This document shows, piece by piece, positions 1 to 14,100 of a stretch of DNA of 64,000 nt. The stretch lies in the NCBI RefSeq assembly GCF_009914755.1, contig NC_060935.1; one strand, given 5' to 3'. Below the pieces are notes generated by a model. The model was not told the DNA's origin, did no database searches, and saw only the letters and a list, made by a program, of their open reading frames with translations. This DNA is from the human T2T-CHM13v2.0 reference genome, Homo sapiens. The translations under genes were made by a program, and so were the position numbers. Each line of letters opens with the position of its first letter. Position 1 is the stretch's first letter.

Positions 1-17
1 CTGGTCCCTAGCTTTCT

Positions 18-331
18 CTCTTTCTTTTTTCTTTTCATGTCTTTTGTGAGACAAGGTCTTGCTCTGTTGCCCAGGCTGGAGTGCAGTAGTGTGATTGAGG
101 CTCACTGTAGCCTTGACCTCCTGGACTCAAGGGATCCCCCTGCCTCAGTCTCCTAAGTAGCTGGGGCTATAGGCACACAGCACCACACTTGGCTAAATTT
201 TAGTTTTTTGTTTGTAGAAACTGGGTCTTGCTATGTTGCCCAAGCTGGTCTTGAATTCCTGGGCTCAAGTGATCTTCCTGCCTTAGCTTCCTAAAGTGTT
301 GGGATTACAGGTGTGAACCATTGTGCCAGGC
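18..331 (-). mobile_element. AluJ-family SINE
   Basis: Antisense dimeric Alu with T-rich tail and J-type motifs (gggctcaagtgatcttcctgcc). TSD ctggtccctagctttct (1-17) / ctgcttcctagctttct (333-349), 2 mismatches. Confidence 0.9.
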
Positions 332-574
332 TCTGCTTCCTAGCTTTCTAATCTCAGTTTTCTTATCTGAAAAAGGGGCACGTCAGTAGGATGTGTATTT
401 CACTGAGGTGTTGTGATTACGTAGTGGATATTCAGTAAACGTCAACCACTGCAATTTTTGGCTGAGCATGTCTTTGGAACCTCGGGTGTGTCCCTCTCCT
501 TCTCTGAGCCTCAGTTTCACCTCAGGAGGCACAGGCAGGCTGTGAACTCTCACTAGCCCGAGTTCATTTCCCAT

Positions 575-740
575 GCCTGCCACTTTCAACTGTGTGACGG
601 TGGGCAAAACACTGACCTTCTCCGATCTCTGTTTCCTCATCCACACAATGGGGACTATAAATCTTTTCATTCATGACACAACACAGGGAAAGTCTCAGCA
701 CCTGACATGGAGTCAGGTCCATGCTGGTCATATTGATTGT
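575..740 (+). mobile_element. MIR SINE fragment
   Basis: MIR core-like motifs tgtgtgac..gggcaa, ctctgtttcctcatc..caatgggga. Confidence 0.6.
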
Positions 741-1309
741 TTCCCTGTCTCTGAGTGAAGACGGTGGCCCGGCCTGTCTCTCAGGCCCGTCCTTCCCCTC
801 CTATTTGCTTGGGCCACTGGGCTCTGAATCCCCTGCTCCCCACAGGCATGGCATCCTCTGTCCACCTTCCAGACCCTGAGTGATGAGCGCCATCATGGTC
901 ACTTCAGGCAAAGTTTAAGCAAGAAGCAAGCCCTGTACTGACTGAACACCCACCCCTGCTTTCTCACCTGCTCAGTGCCCTCATGCCTTTACAAATCCTC
1001 CCTTTTCCCAAAGCAGGCCATTCTTAGAGGATCAGCTCTGTGTGTGGGAGTGGAGTGGGGAAAGTTCAGGGGAGTCGCTGCCTGGGGAAATGGGGATAGG
1101 GCTACTGGGAGAACCCACTAACAGCACATCCAGCAGCTGGGGAAACAGAAACAGAATGTGCAGCAACCCTTCGTGGCTCCCCTGTCTGCACTAGAATCAT
1201 GTCCAAATGCTTTACCAGCAAGGTCACCCCCTCCCCCCGCCTCACTCACCATGCTTCTGCCACGCCAGGCTTCCGGTTCATCACTCGGTCTTGCTCGTTC
1301 TCGTTCTTA

Positions 1310-1650
1310 CCTCATGGCCTTTGCGTGTTCAGTTCCATCAGTCTGGGACACCCTTCCTTCTCTCCATCTGGTCAATATCTACTCACCTTTTAGTCTTCTT
1401 CTTAAATGTAACTTTCTTGGGGAGGGCATGTCTGACCACCCTCAAGTACTTTAGGGCCCCTCTGTTAGACACAGCCACCATGTCTTCTAAGATATTGTCA
1501 TAGCCTTCATCAGAAATACCTGCAATCAGTCAGTTCATCGACTGTGTTGTGAGTTAATCAGTCAGTTCATCAATTGTATAATGACTGCTTGCATTAGGCT
1601 CTGAACTCTATAATGGCAAGCGTAGAGTCTGCCTTGTTCACCAGGTAGGT
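1310..1650 (+). mobile_element. L2 LINE 3' fragment
   Basis: L2-like motifs ggcctttgc..gttcc..tctgg..cccttc, cttaaatgtaac, gtctgccttgttcac. Confidence 0.55.
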
Positions 1651-1697
1651 GTCTGCTTTTGTTACTAGGTAAGGTTGTTTGAAAGGAACATAATACA

Positions 1698-2150
1698 TGT
1701 ATTCATTCAACAAACATTTGTTGGGCACCTACTACATATCAGGTATGTGGTATTCTTTACTCCCTGCCCTCAGGGAGCTGGAGCCAAGGGATCAAGACTG
1801 ACATGGAGAGACAAAGTTGGAAAAGTACTGCACTGGGGGAATGTTCTAAGCGTTATAGGATGATAGTGGAAGGGATCACAACCCAGTATGGGGTTTGGAG
1901 TGCGGATAAAGTGAAGGCTGGGAGGGCTTCACAGGGGCAGGCAAATCAGAGTTGGGTCTTTACAGATGCATAGGAGTTGAAAGGGCATTCCCGACATGTA
2001 TACAGCATGTGCAAAAGCCCCGAGGCACCCCGGAGCAAGGTGTGTTTGGGCATAGAAAGCATTTGGTTTGGTTGGAACTTAGGGCATGTTGAGTGGGTTG
2101 CCGGGAGAGGAGGCAGGAGAGCGAGCAGTAGCCAGAGTTTGGGTTTCATC
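1698..2150 (-). mobile_element. L2 LINE fragment
   Basis: Starts with the antisense L2 tail ttcattcaacaaacatttgttgggcacctac; also cagcatgtgcaaaagccc. Confidence 0.6.
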
Positions 2151-2158
2151 CTCCAGGC

Positions 2159-2398
2159 CAGTGATTCTCAAGCCAGGACAATCTGCCCTTTCCTTACCTA
2201 TCCTGGGCACACTTGGCCATGGCTGGAGACATTTTTGATTTTCATACCTGGTATGGAAGAGAAGGGAATGGTACTACTGGCATCTAGTAGGTAGAGGGCA
2301 AGAGAGGTGACTAAACATCCTGGAATTCACAAGAAGGCACCCACAACAAAGCAACATCCAGCCCAAAATGTGAATAGAGCGGAGGTTGAGAAACCCTG
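2159..2398 (+). mobile_element. MER20 (hAT-Charlie non-autonomous DNA transposon)
   Basis: Termini cagtgattctcaa ... ttgagaaaccctg; internal ctggagacatttttg, ctactggcatctagtaggtagagg, cagcccaaaatgt. 8-bp TSD ctccaggc (2151-2158) / ccccaggc (2399-2406). Confidence 0.85.
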
Positions 2399-2671
2399 CC
2401 CCAGGCCATCCGGTTCTGTTAGCGTGACGTAGGAAAGCTTAAAAGTTGTTATTTTCAACATAATAGTGACAAGAGTTCTTCTTTATAAGATACATTTCTA
2501 CCTTTTTGTTCCAACAATACAGGCCTTGGGGGTAGAGGACATGAAGGGAAAAATATAAAAATGTATTTATTACCATTGAACCATACACTAAACATGATAA
2601 AAATGGTAAATTATATTAAAAAGTTAAAGAAAAATACAGACCTCAACCCCACCTGGGCACCAAGGTGCTGG

Positions 2672-2712
2672 CTTGGTGGGTGGGGCTTGGTGGGTGGGGC
2701 TTGGTGGGTGGG
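2672..2712 (+). repeat. 3 x 14-bp G-rich tandem repeat (cttggtgggtgggg)
   Basis: Units at 2672, 2686 and 2700 read directly. Confidence 0.9.
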
Positions 2713-2929
2713 TGAGAATTTAAGGGCATTCAAGTCAGCAATGACACCCTAGGGTGCACCCCAGGGCCCCATTTAACCCCTTCTTCTCCTGCCAACAGGT
2801 GGCTTTGGCCCACTTTCTTTGAACTGCTTGCTGTCTGGCTCAGCAGGAGCTAGATGGGGACACTCATGTGGTCAGGACATGGGCTATGGGGTATATACTC
2901 CACCCCACCCCAGCAGGTGAGATGGAGGG

Positions 2930-3090
2930 TTCTTGGGCTCTAGAGCCAGACACACAGGTTCAAATCCCAGCTCAGCTTGTTACACTCTGTGAGAACATTG
3001 GCAAATTATTGAATCTGTCTTTGCCTCAATTTCCCCACCTGGGAATCATCCCTACTTGGCAAGACTGTTATAAAAGTGAAATAAGTTGAT
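2930..3090 (+). mobile_element. MIR SINE
   Basis: gctctagagccagac..ggttcaaatcccagctc..tgtgagaacattgggcaaattattgaatctgtct..gcctcaatttccccac. Confidence 0.7.
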
Positions 3091-3108
3091 GAAGAGAGTG
3101 GTGGTTAA

Positions 3109-3260
3109 GGCCTGGGATGGTGGTTCACGCCTGTAATCCTAGCACTTTAGGAGGCTGGGGCAGGAGGATGCCTACAGCCCAGGAGTTTGAGGCTGCAGTA
3201 AGCTATGATTGCTCCACTGCACTCCAGCCTGGGCGATACAGGAATACTGTCTTTAAAAAA
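3109..3260 (+). mobile_element. FLAM (free left Alu monomer)
   Basis: Single Alu monomer from ggcctgggatggtggttcacgcctgtaatc to ccagcctgggcgatacag plus a short A tail. Confidence 0.8.
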
Positions 3261-3289
3261 GGCAGAGAATGAGAATGGTGGTGAAGATC

Positions 3290-3500
3290 CTGGCCATGAA
3301 TGGTGTAATCTACATGTGAGTCCCGGCTCTGCCACTCACTCACTGTGACTTTAGACAAATCACCTAACATCCTGGATGTCCTCATTTGTAAAGTGGGTGA
3401 TATCGTGGTACCTGTCTCAGTGTGTTGTTCTGAGGATCCACTGAGACAATGCACCTGAAAGAGCCCAGCTGGTGCCAGCGAGCACTCAGCACATGCTGTT
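3290..3500 (+). mobile_element. MIR SINE
   Basis: gagtcccggctctgccactcac..tgtgactttagacaaatcacctaac..cctcatttgtaaagtggg. Confidence 0.7.
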
Positions 3501-5359
3501 TGTCACCACCAACACCGCATGGGTAAATGATCCCTCCATTATGATCCCAGATCCTAGCTCGAAGCCCGGAACATGGTAGGTGCTGGGGAGCCATGTGAAT
3601 TCCTTCCATCCTTGCCCGCTTCACCCCTGCTGAGACCTTTCTGTTTGTGCAGCCTGCCTCGCACCCCTGTCCACCTGGGACTCTAGGGAGAGGGCAGCCA
3701 CCCTCGGTCAGGGCAGGGCCTGGAGCAAGACGGGTCTCCAGCTTTCAATCTCTGCAGCTCCCCCTTCCCTTCCTCAACCCATTCCATCCCTATTCACTTC
3801 CTGACTGCCCTGGCTCTTCCTCTTCCCTTTTGAAATCTCTGCCTCTGTCCCAGTTCCTCTCGCTATTACACAAAGGCCTCTTGGATTCCAGACTCAGCCC
3901 CAGAGGGCAGCTCAGTAATTCAATTATAGTGAGGGGGCTTACTCCTCTTTTCTTCCCCTTCTCCTCACCCCTCCTTTTTTCCTTCCTTACTTTTTTTTTC
4001 TTTTTTAGATCAAAAAAGAAAAGAGAGACATTGTGACCCCCAGAAGATGCAGTGACTGAAAGTTCCCTTCTCGGCTCCCAGCCTGTCTAATGAAATACCA
4101 AGAATTTCGTCTCCTCAGAACACGTGTGTGTGGCATCGGATATGTGTTCTTTGTTTGAGGCGTCTTTCTTCTGCCTCTCATCTGATGCTTGGGATCCGTA
4201 TAAGTTTCCTACTGGAGACACGATGGCTGCCCCCTCTGTCTGTCCAGCCTGGCTTTGGGCAGCTTTCGCTTGAACCTAGAAAGAGAGTCTGTCTCCAATA
4301 AGGCCTTGTTCGCTTTCTGAGCTTCACATTTATTCTTTGCAGATTTCACACATGTGAAATCTGTGGATGGGTTGTTGCCGGGAAGACAGCAGAACACAAG
4401 GCTGGGGAAAGGGCTGTGGTCAGGGGCTGGAGCCTGGGCTCCGTCCTCGGGCTGAGCCCTCTGTCGGTTTGAGGGTGGCAGGTCACTGCCCCTGGCTGGG
4501 TCCTGCTTGCCCGTAGACTACGGTTCGGCTTTCGGATGTGGATTTAGTGTCCACCAGGTGTCTGACTCCACGCTGGGGCCTGTGGACAGACATAACAAAA
4601 CTGTACCCTGGACCTTCAGGAGCTTGGAGAAAGCGGTCTTGGAGGGCTTTCTGGCCTTGATTTGCTAAAAGCAGCCAAGGAAGTTTCAAGAAAAGACTTC
4701 CGAGCTAATTTAGCCAAGGACTAATGGGAAACCAGGTAGCAGCGGTAGATTTTCTGTTGCTTTTTTAGCGACTTTTTTTTTCTTCATACCAAAAAGAATC
4801 TTTGAGGTAAAAAGACTCCCAGTATTCAACTGTCCCAATGCCTTTCCAGTGCGCGAAGTTCTTCAAAAACGTGGAGCCCAAATGCTCTCCTCACCTTGCC
4901 CTGGAGAGGACCCTTCCCTAGGGGGCAGCATAGAGCACCGTGAGGCAGCTCTGCCTCTCCCTAATCCCACCTCACTCTTCCTCTTTCTGCCCTCCAACGG
5001 CCTCACACAAGAGTCTAATCTCTGCTCCCCAAGACAGGTATGGAAATACGGGGACCACGTTTCCTCCAACCCTCCTTTTTTCCAGCCTAAATTTCCCTGT
5101 CACCTCCCATGTCTGATTGCTGCACTCAAGACCCCCAGGGGGTCAAGAATGATGGAAAGAGAAAAATGACAGGTCAATGGGCATAGAGTGACAATGGGAA
5201 GCAGGAATGGACCCACTGGTAGTTTACAGATCAAGAATGTCGATGGCACAGACTAGGAAACCTAGTGGAAGCCCTTCCCCAGTATGGCGATGGCAGAGAA
5301 GAAAGGCTTCTGTTTACAGTTGGGAGGGAGGTCCAGAGGACGAGGGCGCTCTGCCTTTC

Positions 5360-5720
5360 TCTACCTCTGTGCTTTTGCTCAAGCTTTTTTTTTCTTCTTG
5401 GAATGCCCTGTCTCGCCACAGCTCTGCATATTCAGACCCTGCCCGTCTTTCACTGTTCAGCTGAAATGGTGCCTCCTCCAGGAAGCCACCCCTGATCTCC
5501 CAGCTGGGAGTTGCTTTTCCCTCCTTCAAACTCTCATTGCATTTTGCCTGGACTGCTCATGAGACATGTAAAACTTTCCTGCCCTGTGTTTTAGTAGGTT
5601 TGTACAGAAACACTGGGTTGCAAACTACTGGAATGGTGTTGATTATGTCTTATTCATTTGTAAATCCTCCATAGCAATGAGCACATGGCTCAACTGCTAT
5701 TTATGGAATGAATAAGCGAG
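5360..5720 (+). mobile_element. L2 LINE 3' fragment
   Basis: tgcttttgctcaagct..cagctgaaatggtgcctcctccaggaagcc..atgtcttattcatttg, ending in a gaatgaat tail. Confidence 0.6.
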
Positions 5721-5818
5721 AGACATACAACAGGAACTAGGCTGTGTGATGGGTACTTTATGTGTATTGTCACACAACCTTAAAAGGTGTGGACTCTGTT
5801 TAATCACTTTGTGGATGA

Positions 5819-6518
<700 letters not shown>

Positions 6519-7599
6519 TATAAAAGAATCCATGACATACAGAGGTGTTTTAAAAAAAACTTCAAAATGTTATTAATAGTCATGCCATATTAACTGGAGA
6601 AAAATTGGACAATTGAGAAAATTGAGAAAAATTAAAGTCATCCTCCACCCTACAGGGATGTGCTGTGTATGGCTGGTGATGTTAGCTTGGAGGGGTGTGG
6701 ACCCCAAGCTAAATTTGGACCCCAAGATGGTACTTCCCCGGTGTCCTTGCAAGCACACCCAGAACCTGGCCTCCGGCTGGCTTCAACTGAAGGTCAAAGC
6801 CATTGCAGCTGACGCTGAGACCTTTGGCTGTATGATACCTGGCCAGTGGCGAGGGGATGCCAGATCTGGCACTGCAGGCAATGGGTTCGTAATCCTGTTA
6901 TCCCCACCTCCCAACCAGGTGTTCAAGGCCTACCCCAGAGACTGGTGCAAGCTTCCTACTTCAGCTCCCACTTAGTGCAGCAGCTGCCATTCCTTGGTCA
7001 GCTGTTTTGCTGGAGTTTATTTAAATGTCTAACTTCCTTTCCCAAAACCCCATATCTCTCAGGGGGTCTGATCCATGCAGTGCTTTGCATAGAGTTTGGC
7101 ACACATTAGGTACTGAATAAGTGAACATTTTGCAGTCCTGCAACCCTGTCTGGAGACCATGATATACCAGATATGTCCAGAAACCCAATGGGACCTATGG
7201 AAAAACAAAAACAAAAACAAAAACAAAACCCAAAAACTTGAAGAGTCTTTACTCCCTATCCCTGAGACAAATTATCTCTGTTTCTTATCATAGTCTTTTT
7301 GACTTTTCCTAAAAAGTAATTACTGGCTATCTGTGATAGATAAGTCTTCTACGTACCTGTCTATCTGTCTAGGAGGCCGGTGTTGCTTCTTTGAGATACC
7401 CAAAGGTTGAGGACAAACAGCGTAATTTACTATAGTGAGTAGTTATTACGTTTCTGACCCAGATTACTTGGTGCTTCTTCCAGTTTATCTCATTAAATCA
7501 TTACAGCTGTGTTGAAATGTAAAGTATTATTCTTCCTCCTTCTACAGAAAGGAAACTGATTCTCAGAGGGGATAAAGACTTGTGCAAGGGGATTGTGTT

Positions 7600-7915
7600 A
7601 GTCATTAGTGTGGTTCACCAAACATTTTTGTTTTAATTTCATAGCACAGGGTGTGATTGTACTTCCTCGGGGATGAACTATGACCAGGTACTGCTTTGGT
7701 CAATAACATGTGAACACCTCATCCCCTTCTACTGCCCAGGCATTTCTGAGGGTGGAGACTCCATCAGCCTTGATTCTGGAAGGAGGGTATCCTGGAGCAG
7801 AGCTTTCCCAACCAGCTTGCAATGAACATGTAGCATAAGCAGGAGTTGGACCTTTTTTCAGTCCCTAAGTCTTGGGGAGGTTTGCTATTGTGACATAACC
7901 CAGAGCTTCCTGAAT
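7600..7915 (+). mobile_element. Old MLT1 (MLT1J/K-like) MaLR LTR interrupting a MIR
   Basis: ctccatcagcct, gagcagagc..acatgtagcataagc, gtttgctattgtgacataacccag; MIR halves lie on both sides. Confidence 0.5.
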
Positions 7916-8251
7916 TAAATGGCTACAAAGTGAGTGAGTTGGCAGGGCTGGAATTTGAACCTCTTTCTGGCTCTAAAGACTTTGCTGTTCCTACTATTCG
8001 CATAGTACCTGGGACTGTGTTTTGAAGGCACTTGGAATGTCCTATGGGGAAAATTCACAATGTTTGATGTGTTGATAATTTACATATGAAAAAAATTTCC
8101 TCCCCTGCAAGTTTCTAAGTTTTCCTGATTTCAGGTGAGTCTGTCCCAAGGTCATTTTAGTGAAGAGGGTTGAATGGGTAATAGGTAATAGAATAACAAC
8201 AGCAATAATAATAAGAAGAAGAAGAAAAGAAGACAACTAAAACGGGGTGCT

Positions 8252-8583
<332 letters not shown>

Positions 8584-8884
8584 CTACTGTGCTGAGCACT
8601 TTATATTCTATAATCACTTTCAGCAGGAGGGACATTTATTTTACCCCCTTACCAAATGATGAAAACTGACATTTAGAGTGGTGAAGTGACTTGTCCCGGT
8701 TGATGATACATCTTTGTATCATAGAATGGCTTCCTAAAAGTCAAAGCAAAATTGGTAAGCAAAGAGTTACACATTTGTCATTATCTGTTGAAAGGAGGCA
8801 TGTTGACATTGAGTACTTCCCAAGAAAATTCAAGTTGTTCATGGATCATTGTGTAAGGAATACTGTGAAGGGCAGGGCTTTTCT

Positions 8885-9500
8885 AAAACCTTTCATTTTG
8901 AAATAATTTCAAAGTTATAGAATAGTTGTAAGAATAGAACAAAGAACTCCCATCTGCCCTCTACACAGATTCATGCCTTGTTGACATTTGCTGATTCGCT
9001 CTCTCGGTCTCTCTATACATGTATGGTTATTAGTTTTCCAAACCGTTCAAGAGTAAGTTGCAGACATCCTTCCCTGTCAAGACTCACTCATTACATTTAG
9101 TTGTAACGTCTCTTTGGCTTCTTCTAATCTGGAACAGTTTCTTAGCCTTTGCTTTTTTTCTGGAGTTGGCCACTTATTTGTAGAATGTCCCTCAATTTAG
9201 GTTTGCCTGATGTTTCTTCTTGCACTGTTTTGGGTTATTTATGTTTGACAGTAGTATCAGCAAACTGCTGTGGTATCCTCTATACACCATATCAGGAGGC
9301 ACCCAATGTCTGTGTATCCCATCATTGAGGATGTTAATTTTATTCTCTTGAGTAAGGGGATATCTGCCAGATTTCTCCATTGTAAAGTTACTGTTATTCC
9401 TTTTGTAATTGGTAAGTAATTATGGGGAGATACTTTGAGACTATGGAAATATCCTATTAATCCTCAGACTTTCATATAATAGTGTAAACATCTATCAATA
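8885..9500 (-). mobile_element. Ancient L1M (L1MC/ME-type) 3' region
   Basis: Antisense old-L1 3'UTR motifs: tttcattttgaaataatttcaaa, acaaagaactcccat, tgtagaatgtccctcaattt, ctgccagatttctccattgtaaagttact, ggggagatactttgagact. Confidence 0.7.
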
Positions 9501-9802
9501 CTTACTGCAAAATTTTAAACAATGATTTGTTTAAAGCCACAAGAAAAAAAATCTCCCCAAGACAATTTCTCATACAGACTCATTATGAACATCTGGGATA
9601 CTACCTCTGTTCAGAAACACCATTTTCAATTCACTGAACTGACTTAGGGATTTTGATCTTCCTTGACAGCTTGCTTGACCCAACAGTGGAGAGAGAAATA
9701 CTGTGGAAAGCCTGAAGTCATTCTAAGTATTTGAGGATGAGCAAAGGCTGTTACTCTCTGTAGGAATAGGACAGAGAGGTTCACACTTGAAGAGCCATCC
9801 TC

Positions 9803-10180
9803 TGTATATTAGTCTGTTTGAGTTGTCATAACAAAACACTATAGACTGGGTGGCTTAAACTACAAGGCATTTATTTTCCCACACTTCTGGAGGCTGGCAG
9901 TCCAAGATCAAGGTATCAGCAGGGTTGGTTTCCTTTGAGACCTTTCTCCCAAGCTTGCAGATGGCTACGTTCTCTCTGTGTCCTCATGTGGCTTTTTCTC
10001 TGCACGTATGCACCCATCCTTTTCTTGTAAGGACACTTGTTCTATTGTAGTAGGAATTCACCCTTATGGCCTCATTTAATCCTAATGACCTCTCTGAAGA
10101 CACTATTTCCAAATGCAGTCACATTGGAGATGAAGGTTTCAACATAAGAATTTTGGGAGAACATAATTCAGTCCACAACA
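9803..10180 (-). mobile_element. MLT1B-like MaLR solo LTR
   Basis: tgtatattagt ... cataacaaaacactatagactgggtggcttaaac ... tccaagatcaagg ... cccttatggcctcatttaa ... attcagtccacaaca; TG...CA ends. Confidence 0.85.
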
Positions 10181-11519
10181 CCTGGGTATGGGAAGAAATC
10201 AGGAGAACTAAGGAGTGACTTAGAGGTGTGTAAGTTCTTGTCTAGCATCCTTCTGCCCCATGCACTCAGTGGGACTGTTTATACCCATCACACCAGGAAC
10301 GACTTTCTCATCCATTCTCCAAATGGTGTGTTCAGCCCACTAGCAACCCCAAAGTTGTACAAACCCCTCCTGTCTCCTAATGAAGATTCTTCCATATTAT
10401 TCTAGATTCAGAAATAGAACAATGAAACTCTCGGTTATTCCCGAAGTGTCTCCTGAAGAAGTGATACATTAATGTAGGATCTGTGCCATATATCACCCCC
10501 AAGCCAACTTGCACAGATGTGTCTAGTAAAGGCAAGTTATAACTATAGCAGTACTGAAGCTATAGGGATCAATATCTTCAAATGGTTATTTGAACACTCT
10601 GTTCACACCTTCTTGGCAACAATGGGTCCACCTCCACAGAGAAAAACTCCTCAGATCCATATACAAAGTCTTTTTTTCCCCTATGTTTTCCAAGAATATT
10701 CCTCTTTTCCAAGCTCCATTCTCAGAGAGCTCATCAATGAAGCATATTGGGGGTGGTCTTCCCCCTATTCTTAGCTCCTTGAGCCTGAAGACTCCTTTGC
10801 ACCTCAATTCTGTCATCTTGGGGTTTTGCTTTCTCCCCATGACATCAGCTGTGGCTACCTCTGGCCATTTTCCCTGCTTTCAAATTCTGTTGATCCTCCC
10901 TCTAGTCTTTACTGAGTTTGATACATGAAGCCCAAAACTCACTTGGGAGCAGTCCCAAGAGTTTTCTCTCCTTCCAGACCCTTCAGGGTGGTGCCAAGTG
11001 GGAGAAGATGGGATGCAATTCTCTGCCTTCCTGCAACTCAGCAAATTGCAATTTATGAGTTTCAATCCACATGAAAGGGCCCTCAATTAAATCTCCCCGG
11101 ATTTATTTGGAATGTTGAATTAATTTGGAAAACAAGGGGAAAAATTCAACTTGGTTTCAGCCCAGCAAAGGGATCATAACATTCTACCAAATCCTGTCAC
11201 CTCTTTGCATTTTCTCCATCTCCTGCTTGAGTACCTTCTTGGCCACAGAGTGTGGGGATTAGCCACAGGTAAAGTGGGGCTAGTGACAAAATTCTGCTCT
11301 GTTGCGAGGGTCATTTTGAATGGATCGTTATTCACCCAGAAGAGAGGAGAAAGCCCTGGACTGGATACAGGAGACCTAGGTTCTAATCTTGCTCCCCACT
11401 GTCTACTTTCCCTGACTTCTCAGATGTTCTTGAGCTCTGAATGATGTCTGAAGCCCTATGGATGAGTTTGCTCAGGAAGGCAGCAGTTACTGACAATTCC
11501 CTTTCTCCAAGGGCCTCCC

Positions 11520-12170
11520 TTTATGTAGTCTTGTATCCTAGATTCATTCACTGCCTGGATGCCAGAAGGTTATTCTGGAAACACAAATTGGATCATACCA
11601 CCCACTGTGTTTAAACCCCTCAGCGACTCCTTGTTGTCCTAATGATAAGACCTGCAATTGTTGTATGGCTTGGGAATCCCTGCATGGCCTGGCCTCTCCC
11701 AGCTCTCCAGCTGCTTCCTGAACACACTCACCTCCCTCTACCCATCCAGGTCTCTCCATTCTGGTATACCTTCCACTACTCCCCAACCCAGTCTCACTGT
11801 TTGTGCATATGCCGAGCTGTTGGGCTCCATCACTCCTTCTTTTCAGAGACTAATTGACACCCATCCTTTCTTCAGTTCTCAGCTAGGTCTTTGCTTCCCC
11901 AGGAAAGACTTCTGGGACTAAGCCAAATGTTTCCTTTATTCTCCCCTCGACATTAAATTTCTGTTTTTTGAAGCAGTTATCACAAGAGTCTTTCTACATT
12001 TGTGTGTGTGCTTACTTCATTAACTTCTGTCTCTTCCATTAGACTGTGAGTTTCAGAAGGCAAGGACCACATCTGTTTGCTGTCACCATTAAATTCTCAA
12101 TGCCTTATACAGTAGTGGAAATAAAGTATGCACTTGGGAATAATTGGCGAATGAATCAATGAGTCAATAA
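11520..12170 (+). mobile_element. L2 LINE 3' end
   Basis: tgccagaaggttattct, ttaaacccctcagcgactcc, agactgtgagttt..aaggcaaggaccacatctg, gaatgaatcaatga tail. Confidence 0.7.
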
Positions 12171-12422
12171 GCACGGAGGTTGGTTTCTCTTGTTCAAGTC
12201 ATTGGTTGTGAACGACCCTACAGAGTTCTTTATGAAAGAGCAGATGGATCCTGCCTAAGTAAACAGGTGTTCCAAAGGCAGGTGGCTATTTGTACTGCTG
12301 GCCAGCAGCCAGATCCACGACATCTCCTGGGGATAAGGGGTGAAGCCAAGTTGAGGACCAGCTCCTGGTCATCTGTCAGGTGGGATAATCATGGTGCCCA
12401 TTCATGGGGCTGCTGAGATTAA

Positions 12423-12813
<391 letters not shown>

Positions 12814-12835
12814 AGTATCTTCTTCTTTGTGTTGA

Positions 12836-13211
<376 letters not shown>

Positions 13212-13274
13212 TCTTCTTTCTTACATATTTTGTGAGCCAGGGTTCTTGTTGGCTCCTTTCAGTGGTGGCATACT

Positions 13275-13692
13275 GAGAGTACAGTCTAGTTGCTGTAATA
13301 AAGAGAACCCTAGATACAGTGGCTTAAACAACCTGGAACTTCATTACTCTCTCATGTTAACAGTCCAGGGCTGGTGAGACAGCTTTGCCATCCTCAACAC
13401 GTGACTCCCAGTAGTGGCCCCATGGTGGCTCTTCTGATTCTAGTCACCTCCCAGACACAGTGGTGGAAGGAGGGCAGACAGTGAGGACACACAGGCCCAG
13501 CCCTTTGAAAGGGAAGACTCAGAAGGGAACTTTTCACCTTTGCTTGTGTCCTGTTGGCCAGAACTTTGTCATGTGGTCAGGTTTAGTTGAAAGGAGGCTG
13601 GGAACAATGTAGTCTTGTTTCTGGTTACAACAATATCCCTACAGGAAAAGGGAGGAATGGAGAAGAGGGGACAACTCAGAGTCTGCCACCAG
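13275..13692 (-). mobile_element. Old MLT1 (J-like) MaLR LTR
   Basis: ctagttgctgtaataaa..cagtggcttaaacaa, ttggccagaact..gtcatgtggtc..ggaggctgggaa..tgtagtct, agtctgccac. Confidence 0.6.
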
Positions 13693-13884
13693 CACCAGAA
13701 CTGCCCTCAAGGGCTGGGTTACCTCTTGGTCCCTTGTTGAGCCCTGGTGTTACACACAGGGCATGGCACATAGTAGCCTCCTATGAATGTTGGGGAAATG
13801 AATGCATGAGTGAATAAACGGCTGAGGGAACAGAATCCAGAGAAAGCCCTCATCAAAGTGATTGAGAAAATAAATACACAGATT

Positions 13885-14100
13885 GCCTACTTCTTCCCTA
13901 AATTCCACCTGTGTGACCTTGGGCAAGTTGCTTAAACTCTCCAAACCTCCATTGCTTCATCTCTAACATGGGGATAATAATAGCACCTTGCTCATAAGGC
14001 TGTTTGAGGAGTACGTTAGTTCATAAGTGTAAAGTGCTTAGAATAGTGCCTAGTACATGGTGTGCACTCAATAAATGATGGGTACAAATACTGTTATTTT
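13885..14100 (+). mobile_element. MIR SINE
   Basis: tgtgtgaccttgggcaagttgcttaaactctc..tgggataataatagcacc..gtaaagtgcttagaatagtgcctagtacat. Confidence 0.8.
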
